Assembly: GCF_000281045.1 (NCBI RefSeq)
Contig: NW_008246077.1
Coordinates: 719,264-783,263 of the forward strand
Direction: 5' to 3'
DNA: 64,000 nucleotides
Source: Saprolegnia diclina VS20
Lineage: Eukaryota
Under the pieces are notes generated by a model. The model saw only the letters and a program-made list of their open reading frames with translations, did not search any database and had not been told where the DNA came from. Made by a program: the position numbers and the translations under genes. Shown piece by piece: positions 36,801-48,820 of the stretch. How positions within the stretch are numbered: position 1 is the stretch's first letter; each line of letters opens with the position of its first letter.

Positions 36801-39800
36801 TAGAACGCCCAAGACGCGGCGCTGCGACAGGAGCACCAGTTGTACGAAGACGACGACGAGATTCTCCCGTCGTTCCTCGAGACGCTCTTCGTGCTCATCA
36901 ACGCGATCCGAAGCCACTCGCGCGACATTTGCTGCCTCACGTTCATGTGCAGCTTCATGTTCCAGGTGCGTCGACGCGCCTGCATCATACGCGTCCTATC
37001 GTAGACGTATAGGGCGACTTGCTCAATGCGTTCTACGTGCTCGCAACCTTTGGCTTTGTCTTGCTCGAGAACCCACGGCCGCACTCGGGTGCTTGGCACT
37101 TCTTTCTCGTCTACGTACGCCCATGTTGCTATGTGGATGTATTGTCACTAAAGCTTTGCCTAGTCGTTTGTGGTCGTCTCGCTGCGCTACTTTTTCCAGC
37201 TGCCCTTCTTTTGCCAGCAGTTTACCAAGAAGAACGTCTTGTACCCGAGCCTCCAGCCGTTCTGCCCCACCGATCTGAGCGTCTTTACGAGCGGCCAGCT
37301 CAACCCGATCCAGCCCATGGTCATCTTTGGCTTGTACAAGTTTGACGGCACGGCGAATCCGCACGTCGACACGATGCTGCGCGGCGTCGCATGGAACTTT
37401 ATCGTGATCCTCGCGATCCTCTTTCATCGCCGCGAGCTGCAGCTGCGCGGCATGTGGTACGCAGGTGTGTCGAGCGAGGCGGCGGACGACAAGAACCCAC
37501 AGCAGTCGATCATGGGACGGCAGTCGACGCGCATGTCGACGCGCCGCGGAAGCAACCTTTCGGTGGACTCGCTCGACTTGGACGATTACGAGGTCGCGGA
37601 CTTTCTCGCGCGGCACGAGCAAGCGAAACGCGCGATCGAGCCGACCGAGCTGCCGCGCCGCCGTGTCTTGCCCAAGTCGCAGCGTGTCGCGTTCGAAGAC
37701 AGCGATTCACCGCGGTCGCTGGACGCAGAGCTCGATGCTGTCGCCGATGAAGTGAGCGATGCGTCGCCCCTGCTGGCGCCGTCGTCGCCGCATGCGCAGG
37801 CACAGCAGCTCGTGGCCGCGCCGCTTCCGAGCGCGTCATCGCCCGAGCCCGAACACCGCAGCCTCGTCAAGAAAAACAAGGCGCTCGAGTGGTGCAAAGC
37901 GCGCCTTCCGAGCGGCGTGGTGCAGTTTTGCCGGCGCGTCGTCTCGCCCGCGCCCGAGCACTGGGACCGGAATATCAACAAGGCGATCACGGGCGTCAAG
38001 CCCGGTCGCGACTACTACTTGCTCCTGCTCTTCCTCCCGCTTGTCTCGATCGTCTACGTCATCTTGCTCTTCCAGTACTTTGGCGAGCCCAACACGAGCA
38101 GCGACAGCTTCTCGCTCCAGCTCAGCGACTCGATGCTCAACGGGTACATGGTGCTCATCGTGTTCTGCGAGCTCGTCGTGATGATTTGGGACCGCGCCGC
38201 GTACGTCTATGGCTCGATGATCTCCAAGATGGTGCTGCACTACGTCTTCTTGCTTTCAGTCCATATCGGGCTTTGGATTCTTCTACCCATGTACTCGCAG
38301 TCGTACTTTCAGACGCGGCTCGGGCTCCAAGGTCTCTACTTGCTCCAGTGCTTTTACCTCTGGACGTCGGCGCAACAGCTCAAGTACGGGTACCTCGTCT
38401 TCCGCGGGCACCATTTTGTGAAAAAGCCGGGCGCGGACGTGACCGCGTCGATGCTCGTGATTGAAAAGTGCTTCAAGCTCTACTACGCCGTGCCGTTTGC
38501 GTTTGAGATCCGGTGCCTCCTCGACTGGATCTGCTCGACGACGGCGCTCGACATGGAAATGTGGTTCCTCCTCGAAGAGATCGCGGCCGAAATGTACCTC
38601 GTGCGCCAAGAAATGAACGGCCGCATCGACAATGCTGACGTTCTTCAAGGCAACAAGCGCCAGCCGGTCCTCTTCAAGTTGCTCAAAGGCGGCATCCTCC
38701 TCCTCTTGCTGCTCGTGTGCGTCATCGGACCCCTCGCCATCTTTTCGACGGCCAACCCGTCGACGTCGGCGAATCCGATCACGACAACGTCGGTCTCGTT
38801 TGGCCTCCAGCAGCTCGACGGGACGGTCCAGCAGCTGTATGCGAGCGGCGACACCAACAGCCCCGCGTATGCAGGCCTTCAAATCACGTCGACCGACACG
38901 GCGACGCAAAAGATTGCGTTCTCGTCCTACTCACAAAACATCTGGACGAGCACGCCGCCGATGCGTCGCAACCTTGTCGCCCAAATCAACTCGACCGAGC
39001 CGATCAAGTGGCTCCTGAGCTTGACGTTCACGCGGTCGGGCCCGGACGGCAAGCAGACCGTGTCGCTGACGTTTGACCAAATGATGACGCCGGCGCATCG
39101 GACGCAATTCATCTCGGTGCTCCTCGCCGGCGGCTCGACGGCTGACCTGGCCAGAGGGAACTCGTCGACCAACGTCACGGGGCTCTCGCCGCTTTCCGGC
39201 GCGTCGATTGCAGTCGACGCCGACACGATCACGGCGCCACCGATTGTCATCCCGCAGTTTTACACGCCCGTGCTCAAGGTCGGCGCTACGAATGACCCGG
39301 TCGCGCGCGCGAGCTTTGTGAAGCGATCGATCTTGCTCCAGCGCAACTCGGAGGACGGTGTGAGCTGGTGGGCTGTCTCGTCGCCCGACGACATCGCGTA
39401 CGGCTCGCTCGAGGTTGGTGACGCAGCGCGCGTGACGTGTGCGGACCCGCTCTCGCCCATGAAGGACGGTATCTGCCTCGTGACGGTCTCGGACAACATT
39501 GTCAACGGGCTCACAAGCCTCGGGATCGGCACATACGGCATTACAGCCGCGTACATTTTCGTCATCTTTACGATCGGCGGCTTTGTCAAGAACGCGTTCC
39601 GTGGCGAGCTCTACAAGGTGCTCTACAAGGAGCTGCCCAACCCGAACAAACTCCTCGAGCTCGTCGAGGTGCATTCAAAATTCTTATTTGTCTCAAGTCC
39701 CATGCAAATCCTTAGGGCGTCTACATTGCACGCAAGGAAGACTACCTCGGGCATCTCAAGGTACACTCGCCACCAACGCTCCATCCTAATGGTCTGGTGT

Positions 39801-39919
39801 AGGACGAAGGTCGGTTGTACGAGACGCTCATTCGCGTGCTGCGGTCGCCCGAGACGCTCCTCAAGGTCACCGGTCCCAACGTGATTCACATTCCCGTGCC
39901 CAAGGACAAGATTGACTAG
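30824..39919 (+). CDS. PIEZO: Piezo-family mechanosensitive cation channel with FN3 and PH insert
   Basis: Very large multi-TM protein with PFAFEIRCLLDW (Piezo PFEW signature), ENPRP...W, DRAAY, outer helix-cap-inner helix and the C-terminal ELPNP..LL...IYIAR...LYETLIRVLRSPETL. The start codon is inferred. Confidence 0.93.
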
Positions 39920-39990
39920 CTTGTGATCCTGCATATAACTATAGATAGAGTCTCATTTCGACGCTATTTTGGATCTTGAAGAGACGCAAG

Positions 39991-40667
39991 ATGGTGCTCG
40001 CGCAAGATGAGATCGATGCGTGCCGGGAGGCTTTCCTCGCGTTCGACAAGGACCGGTGCGGCCAGCCGCTCGTATTGTCAGCATCGGGATGCAGCTGCGT
40101 AGGAGTGGCACGATCGACGTCTGGGAGCTGCGCCAGGTGCTCGAAGGTACCAATGTCGAGACATTGAATTTGTCTTTGACCGAGGACTTGCAGCCATGGG
40201 GCAGCAGCCGACCGAAGAAGAGCTCTTTCAGATGATCAGCGAGGTCGACGAAGACATGAGCGGCGCGATTGGTACACTCGGCAAATCTTGCATGTCGCCG
40301 AGTTGACGACTAGATTTTGCCGAGTTTCTTCAAGTGATTGACAACCAGAAGGACCGTGCTGCCATGTACAACGACGAAAGCGACATGAGTAGGAAGGATA
40401 TCGTCGCACGGGAGTATACACCTGGGACGACCTATCCTAGTTGACGCCTTTGTCGCATGCGGCGGCAAACCCGACAAGACGGGCGTCGTCAAGCGCGATA
40501 CGCTCGTCAAGATCATCAAGGTCGACTTTGGCTTGACCATCAACATCGAGGTACTTGGGCCCAAAAGACGGCCGCTCATCGCAGGCTGGTAGGAAATGAT
40601 CAACAAGCTCGACGTCGATCAGAGCGGCGAGATTGAGTTTGCCGAATTCAAAGCCATCTTGACATGA
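39991..40667 (+). CDS. Calmodulin-like EF-hand protein resembling flagellar outer-arm dynein light chain 4
   Basis: Spliced CREAFLAFDKDRSGTID...MGQQPTEEELFQMISEVDEDMSGAIDFAEF...DAFVACGGKPDKTG...FGLTINIE...DVDQSGEIEFAEF. The DAFVAxGG and FxLTI motifs are typical of LC4. Confidence 0.85.
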
Positions 40668-40756
40668 TTCACAGCCTTCGTAACATAAAATGCAACAAAA
40701 ACGTGATGCTAAACCGACAAGAACATGAATTAAAACGTACGACAACAGAGGGCTAT

Positions 40757-42431
40757 CTATTTCACGTGCTTGGCTTTCGGACCCGTCGGCGTCTCGGGCT
40801 TGGTCGCGTACACGAAGAGGCTGTTGCGCACAGCGACCGCGACTTCGTTCTGCGTCGGGTGCCACGTTGTCTGGAGCACTTTGGCCTTGTAGTCGAGCGG
40901 CTCGGCCTCGGCACCGGCCGCGAGCTGCCGCGCAATTGCATTGTGCGGCGCGGACGAGCGTCGTCGACCAGCGTGCACCATCGGGTTGAGGCAGTAGTCC
41001 GACCGGCCGTACCGGTCATAGATGTGAAACTCGCTATTGTACGAGCCCGTGATAAAGTTGTTGCCGTCACCGCTCACGGCACACTCAAACTTGTCAAAGA
41101 TGCTGTCCGTGTCGTAGAGCTCGCAGAGACGCGGACGTAAATGCTCGTGGATCTACAGACATGTTGATTGAGCTTCTATCGCCGGCGTCGGAGCCACGTA
41201 CGTTGATCGTCTGGACAGGTCGGGTCTCCATGTTGACGTCCCAGATCTTGAGCGTGAGGTAGTCGCGCGAAATGATGTAGCGGCCGTCGGGCGAAAACTT
41301 GATGTCGGATATGGACGCGATGATTTCGGAGAAGAAGCTGCGCGACGCGGGGTCCTCTTGGTCCTCAAACACTAGACAAGGCACGCACGCGATGAGCGAT
41401 CGCGCTGCTAGGGTGCGCGAGGCGTACGCCGGGAGTGCGAGTCGCAGAGCGCCGACGTGCGCATGTCGCCGAGCTTGACCGACCCACGGCTCGTGCTGTA
41501 CATCATGATGTTGCAGTGCGACGGGTGGAAATCGGCTGCCGTGATGACCTCTGTAAGCTCCTCCATGTTGTTGGGCTTGATGTCGACAATGTCTATCAAT
41601 GACCGTGGTCGATTCGGTGTCTATGATATCGGACGAGAGCTTACTGAAGCTTTGGTTGGACACGCCTAGGTGCCACAAATTGATGCGCAGGTCGTCGGCC
41701 GATAGGAAGGTTTCGCCGTCGCTGTTGAGCGCGATCGAGTTGATGTGGTACGTGTGGGCGTTGGCAAAGACGCGTTTGGGCGTCGCAACCGCCACCGTGT
41801 CAGTGACGCTCATGGTCGGAAACATGATGCGCTCGCCGTACGTCATGTTGGCGCGCTGGGTGCTACGCACGTGGCGGTCATGCAGCTTCCAGAACTTGAT
41901 CGTCTTGTCGTTTGTCGAGAGCAAGTAGAGCGCATTGTTGGACGCCCGGCACCACTTGATCTTGTTGACTTTCTCTTCAATCTCCAAGCTCTTCAGGTAG
42001 TCAAACTCGGGCGTATGGCTCTGGAACGTCTTGTAGTTGGCGTACTTGGAGGGTTCTTGGGATTGGAACGACCGGCGGAGCTTCTCCTTCTGCGGATCGC
42101 GTGAGCTCGGTGGTGGCCGCCAGGTGTACCTTATGGGCGCCGCCTTCCTTGGAGTAGACGATGACTTGGCCCCCCTTCGTACCGGTCGCGAGGTACTCGC
42201 CGGACCGATCGTACTCGATGGCCGTGATCGTGTCGACTACAGGTCGCATGTCAATGACCTGGGTATCGTTGGAACGCGGTTGCACGTACGGTCGCGTGCT
42301 TCGGCGCGCGCGGGCACGTCTGTCCGCTGTGGCTCCATGATGCGCTGGTTGAGGCTCCACCCGCCGGCGCCTGCCATCGCGCCTGCCTCCCCTCGCATCA
42401 TCATGGAGCTGGTCCTGACCTCCTGCGGCAT
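40757..42431 (-). CDS. PPP2R2: PP2A regulatory subunit B55 (WD40)
   Basis: [81 protein letters not shown]. Confidence 0.97.
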
Positions 42432-43323
42432 GATCCGTCGTCCAACGTTGGGGCTGCGGGGCGAGTTGGAATATGCGAATAAAAATACGCGGCTGGGCAC
42501 TGCGCTTCAGTATGCGCAAGCCCACCTTGCGGTTTCATGCCGGATTTAATTTAAATGGGATCTTTTTTTTAATATTCCAAAGATCGCTCACTTCAACGGC
42601 AGCTGTTTATTTTATTATCCGGATAATGCCGCTCCAACTTCGATTTTCGAGGCTATTTATAGCGCGCGGCTCCTTTTCCGGCCCAGCCCAATTGCACGGG
42701 CGGGATTTAATTTCATCGAAGGATATTTGATTTCGTCCATGTTGATGGTGCCATCTGGGCACCGTGGGAGGCTCGGTACTGTAGAACATGAAGAGGTCCA
42801 TTGTATGGTCGAACTCGGTGCCTAGCAACTCTAGACGGGGCTTCGACTGCCCGTGGGTCGTTGCGACCGACAGGCGGCAACAAAGACGTGAGCATTTGCA
42901 AGATTCCTCGCCGGCCGTTTTGCTGAAGCGCATGGAACTTTGCTGGTGTGATGTTGCCGCGCACAGCAACGGCAAGTCAATTCTTCTTCGTTCGTCGCGG
43001 CGGAGAACGATGCGAATTGATTCTTAGCCCACAAAGGTACTAGTACGGCGCGTGTCGAGGGAAGCGAGCAAGGGCGTCCGATACGCTCTTGTCATCTCCG
43101 CCTTGACCTGCTTTTCGAGGCGCTCCAAGGAATGGAATGCGGAGAACTATCGTGCCAGCGTCCGTGAGTGGTACCCTTTGGAGCGGCAGACAAATTGGAT
43201 TGCGCGACGTTTCGGGTCAACTGGCCGCGGAGCGTGCCACGTCACGGGTGGTGGGCAATTCCCTTTAATCGAGGTCGTTCAGGGATACGAGCGGAAACGG
43301 TTGCCAACGCCCACGACGAACGC

Positions 43324-45302
43324 ATGGCGGCCTGCGCGCCACCCGCACCGGTGGTGATCGGACTCGGTAGCAGCAGCGGTCCTTCGCCCACCGTCATCAC
43401 GCTCGTCGCAGCCTACTTTACAGGTCCCATCGCGTTCACAGTGCTCGGCTCGGTCGCGCGATCGTGGCGCGCTGCTGTGCTTGCCGACTCGGTGTGGCGC
43501 GAGCTCGTTGCCCGGGACTTTCCAGCCTCGCCGCTGCAGCCGTGGCCTGGTGCCTCGTGGCGGTGCGTGTACGTGGCCGAGTATCGCCAGGTCGGGTCGC
43601 CGTCGCTCGTGCCACCGTGTGAGAACCACTCGATCGTAAACCCATCGACGTTCCACGTCAGCTGGGGGAGCACGCCCTTCCGCCTCGTGCTGGACGGGCA
43701 CCGCTACGCTCGGCTAGCGCATGTTATGGACATGTGGAAGACACGCCGGTTCAAGAAGAATGGGTGGAAGGTCGTCGAGGTCGTCGTGTCCGAGACAGGC
43801 GTCGTCGTCCATACGCCAGACGGCATTCGCCTCAAAGCGCGGCTGCCATTGCAGTACATCGTACGATTCCACCGAAGGTTTTGGGGAATCTTCAGGACGC
43901 TCATAGGGAAGCATCGTGGCGCACGACGACGGTGAGATACATATCACCCCCATGGAGGGCTCGCCGTACCCGCGGCGCATCCACTTGCGTGCGTCGTCGC
44001 CAGCGCTCGCGCGTCTCTGGGTGGCCGTTGCGATCGAAAACACCGCCGTCTTCACCGCCAAGCACAACCTCATCTTGCACTCGACGCCGTCAGTCGTACG
44101 TCAAGAGCAACTACAGTACGTGCTAAGCTAAAGCTCTCTAGTCGGACGAATTGCAGAGTCGCCTCCAAGATATTCTCAGCTTGCGCAAATTGCACGCGTT
44201 TCGATTGGCCCAAGACGTCTTCAAGACGCTGCCAGCCAACGCTGCGCGGAAGAACTCCATCTCCCAGGACGCACTCCACGCGTTCACCGAGAAGCACGCG
44301 CTCAGCTTTCTCTCGCACAAAAGTGCGGCACACGCAAAGAAGCTTCCAAGCTTCCGCCTTCCGAGGCTGACAAAGTCGGCGCGGAGCGGCATCCAGCGCG
44401 AGTGCGCGGCACTGCACCTCGTACCGGAGCCCGCCCTCCTTGTCGCAACGTGGCTCCACGACCAAGGTAGGACGACGCGATTCTCTTGCTCGTTCCGACC
44501 TTTTGGCATCGTAGATACCTTTGAAGGCCACACGTGTGCGCACTTTATCCGCACCGCGCGCGCCAAGACCACGAGCGCTGCGTCCCCGCAACACTGCCAC
44601 GCGTACCTCTGTGACGTCCGCGACGTCATCGCACACGTGATGCGCTATGTGTTGGCCTATCGCAAAAGTGAGCTCGGTGTGTTTGAGCTCTCGCAAGAGA
44701 GTCTCGAGACCGCCGTGCTCGCCGCGATTGAGCGCAAGCTATGTACCGACTTGGCCAAGCCCATCAAAGAGTGGGCGCGAGGCTATACGTCTCCAATGAA
44801 CGAAGCCAGTCTCGCGGCCAAGCTCACCAAATGGAGCAAATTACCACCGTCGAGTCCTCAAGTACGAGACCAAATTTGCTTGTGGGGTTGGCATCCCTTT
44901 CATGTCTCTTAGTTTGGCCTCGGCCCCGAGTTTTGCCTCCAGTGGGACACCGTCCTCGACCAGCTCGTGCTCATGGAGACCGAGATGCTGCCGTCTGGGA
45001 AGCTCCGGCTCCTCCTCGGCGCCGCCAAAGACGTGTACACGACGTTCGCCAAAGCCAGCGTCGGGGCGCGCCCACTGGCGGCCGACGACTTTTTACCGAT
45101 TTTCATCTTTTGCATTTGCAACGCCAAGCTCAAGACGCCACTGACGACGCTCGAGCTCATGTGGTCGCTCTGCAACCAAGAGTCGCTGCAAGGTGTGTGC
45201 TCTCAAACACCGTGGTCCATGCGCGAAATGCAACTAGGGGAAGCCGGCTACTACCTCACCATGTTGGAGGCCTCGCTCGAGTACCTGCGCGCCGCCGACT
45301 AG
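43324..45302 (+). CDS. VPS9-domain (Rab5 GEF) protein with N-terminal F-box-like and PH-like domains
   Basis: C-terminal AADDFLPIFIF and GEAGYYLTMLEASL; N-terminal SVARSWR...DSVWRELVARDF...SWRCVY; exons join in frame. Confidence 0.8.
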
Positions 45303-45578
45303 TCGTAGTTGCGGATCTAAGGAGCGCCTTGAACAGAATAACACTCCATGACAAGTCGTAGCTCGATGGGAGCTGTGACGCTTTTTCTAATACTGTGCTA
45401 CTATGGCTACTATGGTCGTCCACCGCCGCAACGAGCTGGCAGTGTTCCAGGTATTCGTAGCCGAGTTCGCGCTGCTCGAGTGTCGCCGGGGAGGAATTCC
45501 GTTGCAGAGGCAGGAATTCCGGATACCAATGACGCAGCGGGTGGCATGTAGCAGTACGAATTCTGCGCGAAGCACGTG

Positions 45579-46367
45579 ATGAAGCTCCGCATCCTCTGCC
45601 TCCACGGCCACCGCCAAAGCGCCAAGAAGCTCAAGGGCAAGATGGCCGCGCTCACCCGCGCCGTCAAGGCGACGACCGAGTTTGGTGCGTCTCCGTTGCC
45701 ATCCTCTTCCTAACCTCGTCCTCGCGCAGTCTTCATCGACGGGCCGTTTGAAGTGCCATACGAGCCGACGTCGGACGACCACTTGCAAAAGTAGGCCTCT
45801 TTGATGATCATGGCCTGTACGACAAAGTGCTTTTGCCATAGATTGGAAGGCATGACGGAGGCCGAGCTCGCAGAACTCAAGCTCTCGATGGAGCAGTTTG
45901 CGTGGTGGAACTTTTCCCAGGACCCGGTCACCAAGGCGTACGTGTACCATGGCGTCGACGAGGCCGTCGCCTACATCCGCAACATCGTCGCGACGCAAGG
46001 TCCCTTCCACGGCGTCTTTGGCTTTAGCCAAGGCGGTATGTTTGCCGCGCACCTCTTGGCACTCGATTACGGGAGTGGCGCGCGCACGTTTGAGTTTGGC
46101 GTCTTTTGCGCGTCGGCCTGCCTCACAGATCCTGCGTACAAGAAGGAGTTGCCGCCAGCGTCCCTTCTCATGCCATCGCTCCACATTATCGGTGAGCAAG
46201 ACGAGCTGGTGGTGCCGTCGCGGTCCGACGAACTCGCGGCTGTGTTTGCAAGCGCCGACGTGCTCCGCCACCCGGGTGGCCACTACATTCCAACACAGAA
46301 GGAGCCTCGGACGGTCTGGAAGACCTTCTTCGAAGCTCAAGCCGCACGCTTGCAGCCAAGAGCCTAA
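45579..46367 (+). CDS. Serine hydrolase, FSH1/OVCA2 family
   Basis: LRILCLHGHRQS, GPFHGVFGFSQGG, PSLHIIGEQDELV, HPGGHYIP. Confidence 0.93.
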
Positions 46368-46407
46368 GTCGGTCCAATACGCCGTCCATAGAGATAGACG
46401 CATGCTC

Positions 46408-47817
46408 TTATGCTTTGGATTTTGGTAGCTCTTCGAAATAGCCCGTGCGCTCGTTCCGCAAGCAGCTGCCCGCGGGCATCACGCGGCCATGGGCTGCAAC
46501 ATACACGCCGTGGCGCAACGTAGAGCACACGCCGATCGCAAAGCCGAGCGCAAAGGTTGCGTCCGACGCCGTCTCTGTCGCGGGTAGAGTCGCGCCCGTA
46601 AACACGATCACTTTGGGCGCGGTCGGTACGTTTTGCTGCACGTAGCGCGCCGATTCGAGAAGCGTCTCGAGGCCGTGGGTCACAATCACGTGCGAGGCCG
46701 ACGTCTACGAAGGACGAGTGTTACACCTAGCGACGGTGGATATGTACGCGAAAGAGCGCTGCGAGGAGCGCTTTGCGGTCGGCGAGGGTGACGTCGGCGC
46801 CTTCACGTTTACAGACCGAGATGGCTTCGTAGCCGCGACTGTAGTTGCCGACACTGAGGATGTTGCGCACGCACGGGTCGCCAATCTCAAACTGCGTTCT
46901 TTCACCAAACCGACCGGTGCTGACACTGCGACGGTCCATGGCGCCGCCCATTTGAAGAAAACACCAGTCCACAATGTCGTCGCCTACTAGTACGAGCAAC
47001 ATGAGCCGTCAGCTTGGATGACAGCGAGGCACCGAGGCCGATCGAGGTCGACGACGCCAGCCGACTGGAATTCGGACGGCTCGAGTTGAGGCGCGCGCTG
47101 GGCGGCGGTGGCGGCACCGAACTGCTCTCGGTCGTCGATCCGTGGCCCAAGAGCAGCTGGATCACGTCAGGCACCCGGGGTTTTCGTGTCGTCCGGGCCT
47201 CTACGCAGTTTTATCATCAAAATCATGATGCTGCACTGGCAAGAAGCCTACCGTGGGCAAATGCAACGACGTCGTTGATGGCCTCGGCGATGCCCAAGGC
47301 GTGTTGGCGGTGGAGCCAAAGCGCCAAGACATTGGCGGTGCGCGATTGGCCCTGTGCACATGGAAGGTACAACACGTCTCGTAGGGCATACCGTCGAGCA
47401 AAAGACGACGATCTTCTCGCTGGCGCTGACCGCGCGCGTCATGCTGCCAAGCAGCGTCACAAGCTGCCACGAATTGGCGACGTCGACGTGCGTCACGTTT
47501 GCGTCGCCAAAGCTCGCGCCGAAGGTCTCCAAGAGCGGTCTTGCGTAAAATCGCAGTTCTTCTTTGGTTAAGAGGCACAGTACGTGGGCGATCCCCGCGG
47601 CTTGCATAAAGTCAATCCACTTTTGCACGGTCGCCTCGTCCACGTCCGGCCCTGGCAGGTGTCAGGATGACTTCGCCGCGGTGGGCATCTTACCCCGCGG
47701 TGTTGCTGGCTGGTCGCGTGTCAAGTGGACGTAGCCAGGCCGCTCGGCGCCGTAGACCAGCTCGCAGCGCGACGACGCGCGGCCAAAGTTGTACCGGCGC
47801 AGCGCCTCGTCGGCCAT
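46408..47817 (-). CDS. PTP/dual-specificity phosphatase-like domain fused to asparaginase-like domain
   Basis: Spliced IVVFCSTGQSRTAN (CX5R). The C-terminus has MGGAMDR, VIVTHGLETL, VFTGATLP, SDATFALG, GVYVAAHG. Confidence 0.75.
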
Positions 47818-47899
47818 GTGCGATCTTTTCAAACTTCCTACAAATGCCTGTGAAACCGGATGCTCGATTGCATATATTCTCAGAGGTGTATCAACCCAC

Positions 47900-48807
47900 A
47901 TGGGCAAGGCCAGCGACGAGTGCCCGTGCCGGAAGGCGCTGCTGCGCAAGAGCATCTTCACCGCCGCCCAGGACGGCGACCTCGACCACGTGCGCAGCTT
48001 CTTCGAGTGCCACAAGGCGCACCTGCACGTGGATTTCCCCGATGACTTTGGCTACACGTCGCTGCACTACGCCGCGCAGTGGGACCGCGTCGACGTCGTC
48101 GCGTACCTCTTTCAGAAAGGCGCGTCCGTCGACGCGCGTGCGTGCGGCGCCACGCCATTGCATCGCGCGGCCTTTCGCGGCTCCGTTGCCAGCGTCCGCC
48201 TCTTGCTCGCCCACGGCGCAGACGCCAACCTGCCCGACACGTCCTTTGGCGACTTGCGCACCGCCTTGCACAAAGCAGCGAGCGAGGTATAGTACGCGTA
48301 TGCACATCAACCACGTGCCCAGGAACCTAGCGCTGCGTGTAGGGTCACGACGACATTGTGGCGCTCCTCCTCTCGGCGCAGGCGGATCCGACGGCGCGGG
48401 ACGCCACGGGCAAGCTCTACGCCGACTGCCGCGCCGAGTGCACCCTGCTTCGCACCACCAAACCGGACAAAATGCTACCACGCGACGTGGCAGAAAATGC
48501 TGATGTGTTGCCAGACGAAGCATTATCGAGCACCGGACTTGCGTGTAGCCAATGCCACCGTCCAAGTCTCGTGATCGTCCGGACGCCGTGCTGCCGATTC
48601 CCCGAGTGCGAACCCTGCCATGAGCTGCAGCGGCCGTGTGCTTGCTGCGGCACCATCTCGAATCGTCCCAACACGATTGCCATGGAGCTAGCGTCCATTC
48701 CCGAGCCTCATTGTCCATCGTCGCAGGTCCCACTCCGCCCAGTTGGCGCACGCCTCGGCGGTCTCTTCAACCTCAAGCGTCGAACCGAGCAGCAAAATGT
48801 ATCCTAA
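47900..48807 (+). CDS. Ankyrin-repeat protein (ANKRD39-like) with Cys-rich C-terminus
   Basis: GYTSLHYAA, GATPLHRAAFRG, RTALHKAASEGH; C-terminal CxxC pairs. Confidence 0.85.
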
Positions 48808-48820
48808 TCGACGCATCCCG

